Shown: in pieces, positions 24,287 to 35,250 of the stretch
How the letters are laid out: each line of letters opens with the position of its first letter
Position numbering within the stretch: position 1 is the stretch's first letter
DNA from: Lama guanicoe
Taxonomy: Eukaryota
NCBI GenBank assembly: GCA_013239625.1
Contig: MU056756.1
Location: forward strand, 310,001-374,000
DNA length: 64,000 nt
Reading direction: 5' to 3'
Position numbers and translations under genes: made by a program
Notes under the pieces: generated by a model
What the model was told of the DNA's origin: nothing
What the model saw: only the letters and a program-made list of their open reading frames with translations
Database searches by the model: none

Positions 24287-24693
24287 TGTCTGGGCAGCGT
24301 GGGGCACAGGGCAGAACCAGTGGTGGGGGGGTGTCTGTACACAGAGTGAGGCAGACAGAGAAGGGGGAGAGAAAGTTTAAGGGGCTTATTTTAAAGAGTT
24401 GTGGAGCTGGCAGTTGTGAACTTTGCAGGGCAGACTGACTGGAGACCCAGGGAGGACTAATGCTTCAGCTGGGGTCCAAAGACAGGCGAGGTTGAGGCAG
24501 GATTCCCTCTGTCGAGGCCTTCAACTGATGGGGCGAGGCCCACCCATTCCATGGAGGGCCGTCTGCTCTATTTAGGGCCCACCAATTTGAGCGCAGTGCC
24601 CATGGATATATACCTTCGCAGACACCACTTGGCATCTGCCCAACTATCCGGTGCCATGGCCTCGCCGAGCTGACAGGTACTGTAACTGCCCCA
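24287..24693 (-). mobile_element. MLT2 (ERVL) solo LTR
   Basis: CTGGAGACCCAGGGAGG...AGGCCTTCAACTGATGGGGCGAGGCCCACCCATTCCATGGAGGG...CTGCTCTATT, the antisense MLT2 signature. Confidence 0.8.
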
Positions 24694-25715
24694 GACAGGC
24701 ACTTGCTCTGTTTCTTGGATATTCCTGCCTGAGTTAGCTCAGGGCCTGTTCTGCCTGCAGAGATGCTGCCTTGGCAGCTGGAGGTCGTCAGAGAGCGGGC
24801 TGCAGTCGGCTCCTCTTCCTCCACTGGTGCTAGTGGATAGGCCTGAGCTCTGAGGAGGGACAAGTCGGGGGGCAGGCTGGTCTCCCCTCCCAGGGGCCCA
24901 TGTGGGGAGACGGTCCTGATGGGGGCAGGCTCCCAGCGGTGGAAACTCAGTGCCAGCCAGGGGGCTGAGACTTCCGACAGGATTATAGCCTTGCACAGCT
25001 GAAGAATGAATAATTTCAGGCATTTTAACCTTAATTATGCTGTAAAAATGCTTTCTGCCCAGTCGTCTACCAGGGTTTGAAGGCTGTCGGTGGATCCAGG
25101 GTGAATCCCAGGGACAGAGAACTGGGTACTGATGGTGAAACCAAATGCTTCCGGTGCAGAGAACGAATAATTAAGTTTGTTTTTCCGGGGAAAAAATCCT
25201 TCAAGTGCTTTTCTCTGTTTTCTGCTGAGGCTTAAATTTTTCAGTGCTCTGACAATAACCCGTCCTCCAGTATGCCTTGTTTCTATGGAGACACCAATGA
25301 GCTGCAACTGGGATGCTCTGGTTCATCACAATGCAAGACTCCTCTCGGGGTTTATCCAGAGCCTTCAAACATACGCTCCGTTTTGTGTTTACTGAGTGTC
25401 GGGTGAGCACGTGGGCGGCCGGCGTGGCCGTGTCTGCCCACGGGTTCTCTGCGTGGAGGGGCAGCTTCTGTGCTCCCAGGGGCTGCGGACTCGAGGGCCC
25501 AGAGGGTCACCCCACCCGACGCTCTGAGCCTGCCGACGACTCTTTCTTCTGTGTCCGTTTTCATTCTTGTTTTGTGTGGGCCTGTTTTGTCGTGAGTGGG
25601 AAGGGCCGACCGAAGAGGAACAGAGCAGAACTGCTGTCCAGACGCGACTGCAGTGGGTCCCAGGGGCCGGTCTGCCCCGACCTGGAACCGTCTTCCGTTG
25701 GGTATCTGTGGAGTG

Positions 25716-26048
25716 CGTTCTTAGTCCGCTTGCCGGGGCCGCTTAACAGAAACACACCGGCCTGGGGGCCACGAGCACCAGACACGCACTTCTCTTCATT
25801 CCGGGGCTGGACGTTCAGGGTCACAGTGCCAGCAGATCCGGTGTCTGTTGAGGCTCCTTCCTGGTTCACAGATGGCGTCTTCTCTTGCTGTCCTCGTGTG
25901 GGGAAGGGGCTGGGGCTCTGTCATCAGGGCACTGACCCCACTTACGAGGGCTCCACTCCCACCACCTCATCACCCCCCAGTACCATCACATTGGGGTTAC
26001 GGTTCAACAGTCGGATTTGCGGGGGACACAGACATTCAGTCTGCAGTG
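25716..26048 (-). mobile_element. MLT1A (MaLR) solo LTR
   Basis: GTGCCAGCAGATCCGGTGTCTGTTGAGG...CCTGGTTCACAGATGGCGTCTTCTC...TACCATCACATTGGGG...GGGGGACACAGACATTCAGTC. Confidence 0.85.
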
Positions 26049-26399
26049 ATAACCCTGGTGTCCATTCAGCAGAGCAATGGGATCCTCTCTTCTTTTCTTG
26101 ACATTTTTAAATCATGGGCACAAAAGCACAGGAATGGAGGCTATGACAATTTGGACCAAATCTAGGAAGGAACAGAATCTTGCCAAAAAGTCCCAGAATG
26201 AGGAGGAGGATCACACGCTTCCTCTGTCCTGCCCCTTGGTGTGGACTCTCTGATAGGTGGGCCGTCTCTAAGCAGTGGACGCCACCCCCTGCCCACACCT
26301 GTGCTGGCCCCCCGACGCGATAGCATCTGCCAGGCTCTCCATCAAGGCTGGGTGGGGACTCTTCCCGGTTCCTTCTGTCGGCACAGGGGGTAGTGAATA

Positions 26400-26580
26400 G
26401 AAGACAGCTTGGAGCTTAATTCTTGGTTACATCCGTGAGCCTCCTGTGCCTTAACTATAATAATCGGATATGAATGCCCACCTTTCGAGATGGCCGTGCA
26501 GCTCAGAAGCCAGCAGCAACACCAGTGAACACAGCCTGGCACAGAGTGGGTGTGCAGTGAGCTGTCATCACCGTTGCCAT
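26400..26580 (+). mobile_element. MIR 3' fragment
   Basis: GTGAGCCTCC...ACAGCCTGGCACAGAGTGGGTGTGCAGTGAG resembles the MIR 3' end. Confidence 0.45.
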
Positions 26581-27139
26581 CACCGCCCTTCTCAGGACTC
26601 AGGCGAGACGGCCCCAAGCTGAGGAAGGAGGCTTTGCTCTTACGTAATCTTCTCTTTCAACCTCAGAAAAACTGCTTTAACTTTAGGATCCAAAGTAAAT
26701 GGGAAATAAAGCAGCTGCACATTAGTAAGAGTTCACTCATTTTCCAAAACAGATCTTGAGCATGAGACGCCTAAGAAAAGACCCTCGAGTAAATGTCTCT
26801 TGCCAAAGAGCGCGCTCCAGCTGCACGTAACAGGATGCCTAACAGTTTTAGGAAACTTGGCAAATTTTGAAAAAATAAAAGTTTATTTTTCAGCAGTCAA
26901 GGATGTTTAATGAAGAGGAGACTTAAAGTAAACCTTTTAAAAAACAGTTTTGTTTAGAAACGATGTCGCCCTGAGTCTTTTTTCAAAGTACAAGAAGGCA
27001 AACAGGTGCAAAACACCGTAGGCACGTCTGGGTTGGAACTGGACCCGCGTCCTGGCTCTGTTTGCTGTGGACCCTTCTTGGTTGTCACAAACCCAGAGAG
27101 ACTGATCATTTCCCAACTCCCGTCATAAGAAGCGCCTGA

Positions 27140-27270
27140 TCCCTGGTTAAAAGATGGAAAGGTCGTGAAGCCCGACTCACCTCCTCCACAGAAACTTGGA
27201 TTTGATGGGTCTAGGCTGGGGCTCAGAGATGCTGTGTTTAAAGTGCGTCTGGGTCCTACATGTCCCAGGG
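27140..27270. mobile_element. MER5-like hAT-Charlie fragment
   Basis: CAGAAACTTGGATTTGATGGGTCTAGGCTGGGGCTCAGAGATGCTGTGTTTAAAG resembles the MER5A core. Confidence 0.45.
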
Positions 27271-29429
27271 ACTCCAGGCAGCACTGAGTGGGGTGGTCAC
27301 AACACCGGCAGCCACGTCTTGGGAAGTGCCCTCCAGCAGAGCAAACCCTTGGCACTCTTGCTGGTTCTGGTCTGACAAGAACCCCTCGGTGAGTGACAGC
27401 ACTGGGGGACAGAGCTCTGGCGCTTGGAAACCAGCTCTCACGTGTGGAGCATTCTAGTCGTGCCTTTCCCCGGAACACACGCTCCCACCACTGAAACTCT
27501 GCCCTACCCCAACTTGTTTCCAAAAATATCCTTTAAATTTGGAAAGGAGCCACCTCAGATGCAAGGTAGGAAGCAAGAAGCTGGCCAGGTGCCCATGGGC
27601 CTCGGAGCCCGAGTGTGGACGACGCTGGTGGCTTTGCACTCTTGGTTACAGTGGCTCCCACGGGGAGGCGTGAGACAGCCTCGTGGGCAAACCTGAGAGT
27701 CCTGCACGGAATTCCTGGGACACAGCCGTGCTGTTTGGGAAACTGGATGAGGCCCTTTCTTCATTTCCCCCTGCTTTGGACGCTTCAGAAATCATCCATT
27801 TTAATGGGTTTCTGTTGAGTCCGCACCCTTCTGGTGGGCGGGGTGTGCATTTCAGCAGCGGAGCGCTTCAGGGCACTCCCCTGGGGCTCATGCGCGTTTG
27901 GAAAACACTGGTATTCAGGCATGTTAGAGAGATTCTTTGAAGGCAAAATGTGAAAAAAGAAACAGACCCGAAGCTCTCAGCACCGGTAACATTTCAGGCT
28001 CTTACGTGCCTTGGAATTTCACCGGATTTGCTCTTTCTTTTAGAGCCTGTACGAACTGCTATGAATCCTTCCCAGGTGCTTCTGGAAATTAATATTTTCT
28101 GTTAGCAGCTTGGCAAACTTCACAACTGAAAGAAAACAAGGAGCAATCTGTGTGCTCTGCAGAGATGCCATCGTGAGCAGTTGATGGTTTCCAAAACCGT
28201 TTGTCCGCTTCTGCGGGCCTGGGGTGCTCGGGGACAGGTTAGTGGCGCGGCTGGGAGCAGGTGCGGGGCCGATGTGGTCCGGCCCCACACCCTCAGCTGT
28301 GAGTGTCTTCACTCGGGGACTGTCCACCGGGTGGGGACGCGGGGGATAATGAGGCGGCTGTGGACGTGTGTCCATGTGGAATTTTGAAGCACGCTCCCCC
28401 TGGGTTTCCCACAGCAGTTAAGCCGGTAGCGTGAGTGGGGTCCGTTGGCTCACTCGCCAGAAGCAGCCTGACGTTTTGACGTTGACGATTCCTGTGTCTG
28501 TGTTCAGAAGCAGCATGGTCTTTGTGTTCACCCGACGTCAGGCATTCTGAAGATAATTCACTGACGCTCAGATAATTCCTTCTTAACGTGTGTAAACACA
28601 TGTTTAAGACCCTTGTTCAAGAAGAATGTATTGCTCTCACTGTCACAGGCTCTTGTGAAGAAGGGAAGGTGTGGCAGTCAGTCAACCGGCCTGTTTCAGA
28701 GGACACCCCTCAGGCAGCGGGTCTGACAGATGCAGAAAACGCCGCCAAGGTGGGCTCGGTGTCTCGGCTCCTGACCCCAGCCCCCTCCGCATGCGGGTGG
28801 GTCAGGAGGATGGAGTTAGGAAGGAAAGAAGAAAGAATTACATGTTCTAGAGAGACACTGAACTGGAAAAGTGATTTACATTTCCTACAGGTGATAGCAT
28901 TTAAAAGTCAATTTCTTAAAGCAACCCATTTGAACCAAAGCCTTTCAGTTGCTTTATAGCTGTCCACGTGAAAATTGCTTTAAAATTAAGCAAAACAAGC
29001 TACGTTTTATTTTGCCTGAGTCAGTTCCAGTGATTGGTGAGGGTCTTCCGCGAGGGAGCCGGGACGTCCCCGACCTGGGACGGCCTGTGGTGGGGGCACA
29101 GCACAGACGCTCAGTGAACCGATGTCATGAATCCACAGACGTGTGCACACTGACGGTGGGGCTACTGAATGTGTTGCCTCACAGGACTGGAAATGCAGCC
29201 GTTTGTCCACAGGTGCAGGCAGGAACCGAGGAACTCTGTGCTTCTGGACTTTCTGGATAACTGAGGGGGAAAGCCCTTCAATTATCAGGAAATCCCTGAG
29301 GGTGAATCCTGAAAGCTTTGCCTCCCCTTAAAGCCTCTTTAAAGGATTTTGACTGAAATGTAAAGTTAGTGACTTTCCAAGTGCTTTCTTGTTTATTAGG
29401 AAAGAAATGGGGGTTAGAAGCCAGTCTGG

Positions 29430-29803
29430 ATGGTCAGTGGAGTATTACTCAGCCGTGAAAAGGAAGGACACTCTGACACAGGCTGCAGCAGGGGGGAGCC
29501 TGGAGGACACTGTGCTCAGGAGGTGACCCAGGCACAGAAGGACAAAGCCTGCAGGACCCCACTTATGTGACATCCCTGGGGCCACCAGGCTTATAGAGAA
29601 GGAGGTCGACGGTGGGGCCAGGGCTGGGAGAGGGGTGGGAGTCAGCATTTACCAGAGGCAGAGGTTCACTTTGGGGTGATGAGAGACTTCTGCAGAGGGT
29701 GGTGGTGAGGGCTGCACAGGTGGAATGCGCTTAATGCCACTGAGCTGCACACCTAAAAATAGTGCAGAATAGGGAATTTTATGTTTATTTTACCACAAAT
29801 AAA
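29430..29803 (+). mobile_element. L1MB-type LINE-1 3' end
   Basis: GGAGTATTACTCAGCCGTGAAAAGGAAGG...CTTAATGCCACTGAGCTGCACACCTAAAAATAG...TTTTACCACAAATAAA. Confidence 0.9.
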
Positions 29804-30899
29804 GCAGCCAGCATGTCTCTTATCACAGAGGAACATTCAGTCCCATGGGGAATGCTCAAATAAAGAGAAAAGTCCTATTATGGAATAATACAGACTATAA
29901 AATACCTACTCTAAATCTCTTTGCATAGAAAATATCTGTATCTATATATATATATGTATCTGTCTGAAGTCACTCAGTGTGAGGAGTGCGCCCTCTGTGA
30001 GACCAGGTAGAGAGACCAAGTCAGATGAAAGACGCATGCCTTGAGTACAATTTCAGAGATGGTGAATCGTTTCCTTTAATTTGTTACGATTTGAAACTTT
30101 CGTAGACATGTGTTCTCCTGAGCTGAAAGCTGAAGATCTTAATTTGGTGTCTAAAATCTTCAAATCCTAGAGCTGACTTTCTGCAACTGGTTCGGAGGAG
30201 GCTAGTGGGGCGAGACAGGGAGGGGCGGTGGGCTGGCCTCTGGCTTCCCTCCTCCCCCGCCCCCTCCCAACCCCCCCCCAATCTCCTCCCCTCCCCCTCC
30301 CTCCTGCCAGAGCTCACAGTGAATCACAAAGCAGAGCCGCAGCAGCAAGGAAATGAAGGCCTCCGACCACTGGGGTGGGGGTGGGGCGTCCGCTGGGCCC
30401 TCAGCCCTGCTCTCCGTAGGATGGGAGGATGGGCGAACCCGGGGCCGCAGAAGGAGCCTCAGACGCTGAGTTCAGCCCTGGGAGGTGATGTCTTCACTCG
30501 GAAGGAGACACCCCGGGGCCACGAGGGCGGGAAGCCGCCTGGGGTCTCGGAGGAGACGCAGGGTGGGCAGGGCAGCCGCGCGGTGCCCCGGGTCCAGGCT
30601 GGGCTGGTTTGCATCCCCTCTGGTGGCGTTCGGAGACTTCCGGGGGGAGTGTCTCAAGCCCAAAACCCCAGCGACATTTTCCCCAGGAACATGCAGTTTC
30701 GGGGGGTGGCCGGTGCCTGGACACTTAGGAGGACGCACCTGCTGGGGGCGGGGCCCGGGCTCTGCACGCGGGAGGCACGAAAGGCCGTTTGGTGTGGCCT
30801 CTGGTGAGGGCGAGTCCTGAGTGAGTCCTCTGAGACTCATGTTCGTCCTTCTGGGGCCCCTCAGTTGTGGGGGGAAGCTGTCACCAGAAGCGGGTGGCA

Positions 30900-31350
30900 T
30901 TTGGGTCAGGGAGCACGGGCCGGCCGGCGTGTCCCGGGGCCGCGCACTGGGGGGCGGGGCGGAGCCCCGCGCTGGGGGCTGGGCTGGGGCCGCAGGCGGG
31001 GCCGAGGCGGTCCGGCTCCTGATCCAGCGGGGGCCCAGGGAAGGCCGGCGGGGGAGCGGCGCCAGGACTGAACTATGAAGAGTCGACGGCCCCACGTGGA
31101 GAGAGCCTGGACCCGAAGTCCAGTCCCAGGACCTGTTGTCGCGGACTCGAGCCTCGTGGGCGCGGGCAGAGCAGGTGCCCTGGGGGCGGAGCCAGCCCAC
31201 CGCAGACGCGGGCCCTGCACTACTGGCTCGGTTAGTCCGGGCGAGCACCTGGGAGGCCACGCTCGCCCACCCACGGAGGACGAAGCCTGGCCTGGCAGGC
31301 GGGGTCGGAGGTCCCCGCGGCTGCTGTGCGCCCTGGCCTGTGGGTGCCCC
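30900..31350. promoter_or_regulatory. small CpG island with GC boxes
   Basis: Very GC/CpG-dense unique sequence with tandem Sp/KLF sites GGGGCGGGGCGGAG (~30951-30964) and GGCGGGGC. Confidence 0.55.
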
Positions 31351-32234
31351 CTCCCCAGGGAGGGGGAGGAGGTAGGACGCCTGCTCCGTCTGCAGCCTCC
31401 CTCGAGCCCCAGCTTTCCTCCCGTTGGTGCCGAGAGAATTCCTGCAGCCAGCACCCCTGAAACTCGGAGGGGCAGTGAGAGTGAGGACAGAGGTCCCACG
31501 GGGCCACACTAGGGCCTCGTGCCTGCTGTACCCCGAGTTTTACCAGCCGGCCCGCTCGCCAGCGGAACTCCAGCTTTTCATGAGTGAGAATAAAGCCCTG
31601 AAATCACGACGGGGCCTGGGGTGGACTGTGAGCTGAGCAGGAAGGCCCCTCTGGTCGCTGTCCCGCGGCTCGGGGACCTGCCCACGGGGTTCAGGGCTTC
31701 GTGGGACGGGAGCACAGTGCGGAGGCAGGAAGGCCGTCAAGCTCCCAGAAGGACGCACAGCCGGTCCCGACAGCAAAGGGGCTTAGGCGCCCAGACGCCT
31801 CCCAGACGCCGCCTGGAGCAGGGCCTGCGGAAACGCGTGTGGCTGCTTGAATCCAATGAGTGAGTTGTTTACTTGGTGGATGCTGTTAACGATGTTTTTT
31901 CATGATGCTAGCCTGCATCTGGGAAGTAAAACTATCAACATTCAAGTCACAGCCCAGACCTCAGTGTGTCACCTTCCGGGAGGGCTGGGACCACACCCAG
32001 ACCCTGGGGGTGCACTCCTCCTCCCCAAGGCCTCAGGGCCACTGGGGCCACTTTAGATGCACCCTCTCCCCCTGCCCCAGATGCCTGTCTGCCCTGGGCC
32101 TCCTGGTCACCACCTGTCAGACCAGTGGGTGGGGTCAGGTGCCTGCAGGGGGGCCGTGTGAGTTCCTGGGACCCTCGCTCAGCACCGCCACATCAACAAC
32201 GCCTTGTGGGCGTGCACGGCACGTCAGGCGGTCG

Positions 32235-32279
32235 GAGGGCCCAGTGCCTCCGTGTAGAGGGCCCAGTGCCTCCGTGTAG
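32235..32279. repeat. exact 22-bp tandem duplication (GAGGGCCCAGTGCCTCCGTGTA x2)
   Basis: Copies at 32235-32256 and 32257-32278. Confidence 0.95.
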
Positions 32280-33939
32280 TGAATGTGGTCTGTGGCTTCA
32301 GATAACTTCCGGCTGCTGGTCCCGGAGGGGAGCTGGCAGCACGGCCCTGTGGTTCTGGAGGAAATTGTTGCCCAGCTCTCAATGGGGTTGAGGGAGTGTG
32401 TTTCTCTAGGTAGGGAATGAGGGTTAATTGAAAATGACCCGATGAGTCAAACTGTCCCGAGGATCAAGGACCTGTGTAAGGGTCCCCGGGGGCTCTCGAC
32501 CTATTGCTGACCCGGTAGGCGTCCTCGGGAGTGACTGCAGAGGGATGGTCCCCTGGGGCCTGCACAGTGTGCTCGTGTGCCGTGTGTCCCCTGGCAAACT
32601 CACGCTTTGTGGGTGTCTGTGGGGTTTTGGAAACAAGGGAGCTGCTGAGGACGGTTTTGCGGGTGAAGCCGGGTTGGTGACCCGGAGGGGTGAGCTGCGC
32701 CCTGCTGGGGCCTTGGGACGGCTGTGTCAGGGAGACGTCAGGGGAGCCGTTTGGACCCCGTGGTGAATAAGGTTCTAAGGGTCCTGGAAGCGGGTTTCTT
32801 AGGCACCTCAGACATGTTTCCTTCTGGGAAGAGTCTTAGTGAACGAGGAGAGCAAGGACAGACGGTCCATTACAGCAAATCTGTTTACTGCGTCGAGAAG
32901 GCAGAGCTACAGGCACCAAAAATGGATTTCCCTCCCTAATGAGATGTGACTTGTGTGCTGTTCGGGTCGGGAAACTCGCACACACACCAACAATGAAAGC
33001 CAGGAATGTATTTAAAGCGGCGCGTATGGAGGGGGCGGCTGGCAGTGGAGTCTGCTCAGCTTTGTTTGGAGGCTGAGTTTGCATCTGTGACGTGGGGGCA
33101 CTGAGGGACTGGGGGCCCCAGGGTCCTGGGAAGGCTCTGCAGCTGGTCGCCCTGCAGGGCGCAGGGTGAGGGCTGGACATGTAGCCCCTGCAGTGGAGGA
33201 GGCTCCTCGGCAGTGCGCCTGCCCCCGGGGGCCAGGAGGCCGGCCTGGGGTGGGGTCAGATACGCATTCAGCGGACAGGGCCGAGCCTCCCGCCTTGTCC
33301 GATGGAAGCCCTCCTGTGTGGGCCGGTCACTGAGCCGAGTGGGTCACATCTGACCCACACTCACAGAGAGGCTGCAGCTCAGAGTGGGCGCCTGCGTCCT
33401 GGCCTGAGGCAGGTGCTCCTGCCCCCTGAGCTGAAGCGGAGTCCCTGGTGGGAAGGCCAGGGCGGCCGGCTGGCAGGCAGCTGTGTGTGGCCGTGGTCGC
33501 CTGCTCGGGGCCTGGAGCTCTGGTTCTCTTCTCTTCCTGGCTCCCCTACAGTGGAGCCTTTTCATAAATTGCACACCTTCACCATTTTCACTTGCCTCGT
33601 GCCAAGGACACCGCCCCTCCCTGTTAAGTGGCAGCACCTCCTGTGCCCAGGCTGGGCTCGGGGGCAGGAGCAGCCCGAGGGCACGTCAGAGCGGGTCCCC
33701 TGCGGGACCACTGGCTGCTGCTTTTCTGAGGCGGGGGCCCTGGCCGTGGTCATTAAACCAGAGAGTGGTCTCAGCTCTCCTCCCTCAGGGCAGACGTCGG
33801 GGGAGTCCGCGCTTGTCCTGAGACCTTTCTGAAAAGAGCCGGAGCCCCAGCTTGGCTTCTGTTTGTTCTGCATTGTTGTGTTTTGGAGAAACCATCCTAA
33901 TTTCAGGGCCTTCTTTCAACTCATGGGAAGGATGTAAAT

Positions 33940-34366
33940 TACACCCACATTCACAGCGGCCAAAACATGGAAGCCATGGTGTGTCCATCCACAGGTGCGA
34001 GGTAGCAAACGTGGTCCTTCCACATGGTGGAGACTTGTTCAGCCCCAGAGGGAAAGGGGATTCTGGCCCATGATCCAGTGTGGGTGGGCCCGACCGAGGA
34101 CGTTCCACCCCCAAAATAATCCAGCCACAGAGGGACTCGGTGCAGGATCCCCTCGTGCAAGGAGGAGTCAGATGCATAGACAGACGGTAGACGATGGGGC
34201 CCTGGGTGGGGGACGGGGAGTCAGTGTTTAGGAGGGCCTGAGTCTCCGTTTAGGGAGCGGAGGGGATGGTCACACAATATTGAGATGCACCTGACGCCCC
34301 TGGCGGTGCACGTACCAGTGGCTACCATGGTGACTTATGTCCTGTGCGTTTTACTGCAATAAGGAA
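33940..34366 (+). mobile_element. L1MB-type LINE-1 3' end
   Basis: GCCAAAACATGGAAGC...GTGTCCATCCACAGGTG...GGGGAGTCAGTGTTTA...TTTACTGCAATAA. Confidence 0.8.
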
Positions 34367-34821
34367 ACGGGGAAGGGACATAGATGACAGTTGTGAGCAG
34401 GGTCAGGTCCTGAGCAGGAGGAGGGGGCAGAAAAGCCTGGGGAAATGACGTTGCCGAAATAGCCCATCTCATCCTAGTGTATTTGCAGACTTTCCTGAGA
34501 GCAGCTCCCACACTGGTCCAGGGGAGGCTTTCCTGCTTTGCCGGGAGACGGTCTGGGAAAAAGAAAGACAGTGTTGTGAGTTCTGCCCCGGTTGCCGGCC
34601 TGGCTTGTGTGTCTTGAGACCTGGAGGGCGAGTCCCGCCCAGATACCCGAGCCCTAGGGCCCGAGCAGCCGCAGCAGGTGCCCGGATGCAAACGTGGCTG
34701 CATCGGGAAATAAATTGGGCATAAAGCCCATGGGGGGATTTCACTCAGTGTCTCATTGTCCACGTGCCTGTCAGCCCCCAGGACAGTAATGGAAACCAGT
34801 CCCCTGCTCTCTGGAGAATCA

Positions 34822-35250
34822 GCATGGGGCAGAGGAAGGCCCGGATTCCGGGCCACGCCCCCAGGCCCACCGTTTCCTGGCTGTGTGACCTGGACCTGTT
34901 CCTTAACCTCTGGTGACTCAGACTTTTCATCTGATAATCTGGGTCATAAGAGTCACGATCTGCTGTGGACTGACTGTGTTTGTGTCCCTCCAAAATTCAC
35001 CTTGAACCCTAACCCCCTGGTGATGGTGTCAGGAGAGGGGCCTTTGGAAGGTGATGAGGTCATGAGGGTGGAGCCTCCACGAATGGGTTAGTGCCCGTGT
35101 AGCAGACCCCACAGAGCCCCCACCCTTACTGTACGTGAGGACACAGAACAGGGCCCCCGCCAGCCCTGCCGGCACCACCTCACAAGGTTGTTATGAGGAC
35201 TGGACGAGTGTCTGTCCAGCTCTTAACACAGTGCCTGTCCTGTCACAGAG
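34822..35250 (+). mobile_element. MIR split by an MLT1A insertion
   Basis: MIR core GCTGTGTGACCTGGACCTGTTCCTTAACCTCTG before 34961; resumes as ACCTCACAAGGTTGTTATGAGGA...CTTAACACAGTGCCTG from 35177. Confidence 0.75.
34961..35176 (+). mobile_element. MLT1A LTR, 5' part only
   Basis: TGCTGTGGACTGACTGTGTTTGTGTCCCTCCAAAATTCA...GGGGCCTTTGGAAGGTGATGAGGTCATGAGGGTGGAGCC. Confidence 0.85.

Noticed and set aside
30472-31509. Long ORFs (345 aa here; also 61621-62469, 25313-26101, 45658-46443, 7232-7990)
   Set aside because: Low-complexity Pro/Gly/Arg/Ala-rich frames with overlapping ORFs in several frames, some crossing repeats. This is expected from stop-codon scarcity in GC-rich DNA, and no domain is recognisable.
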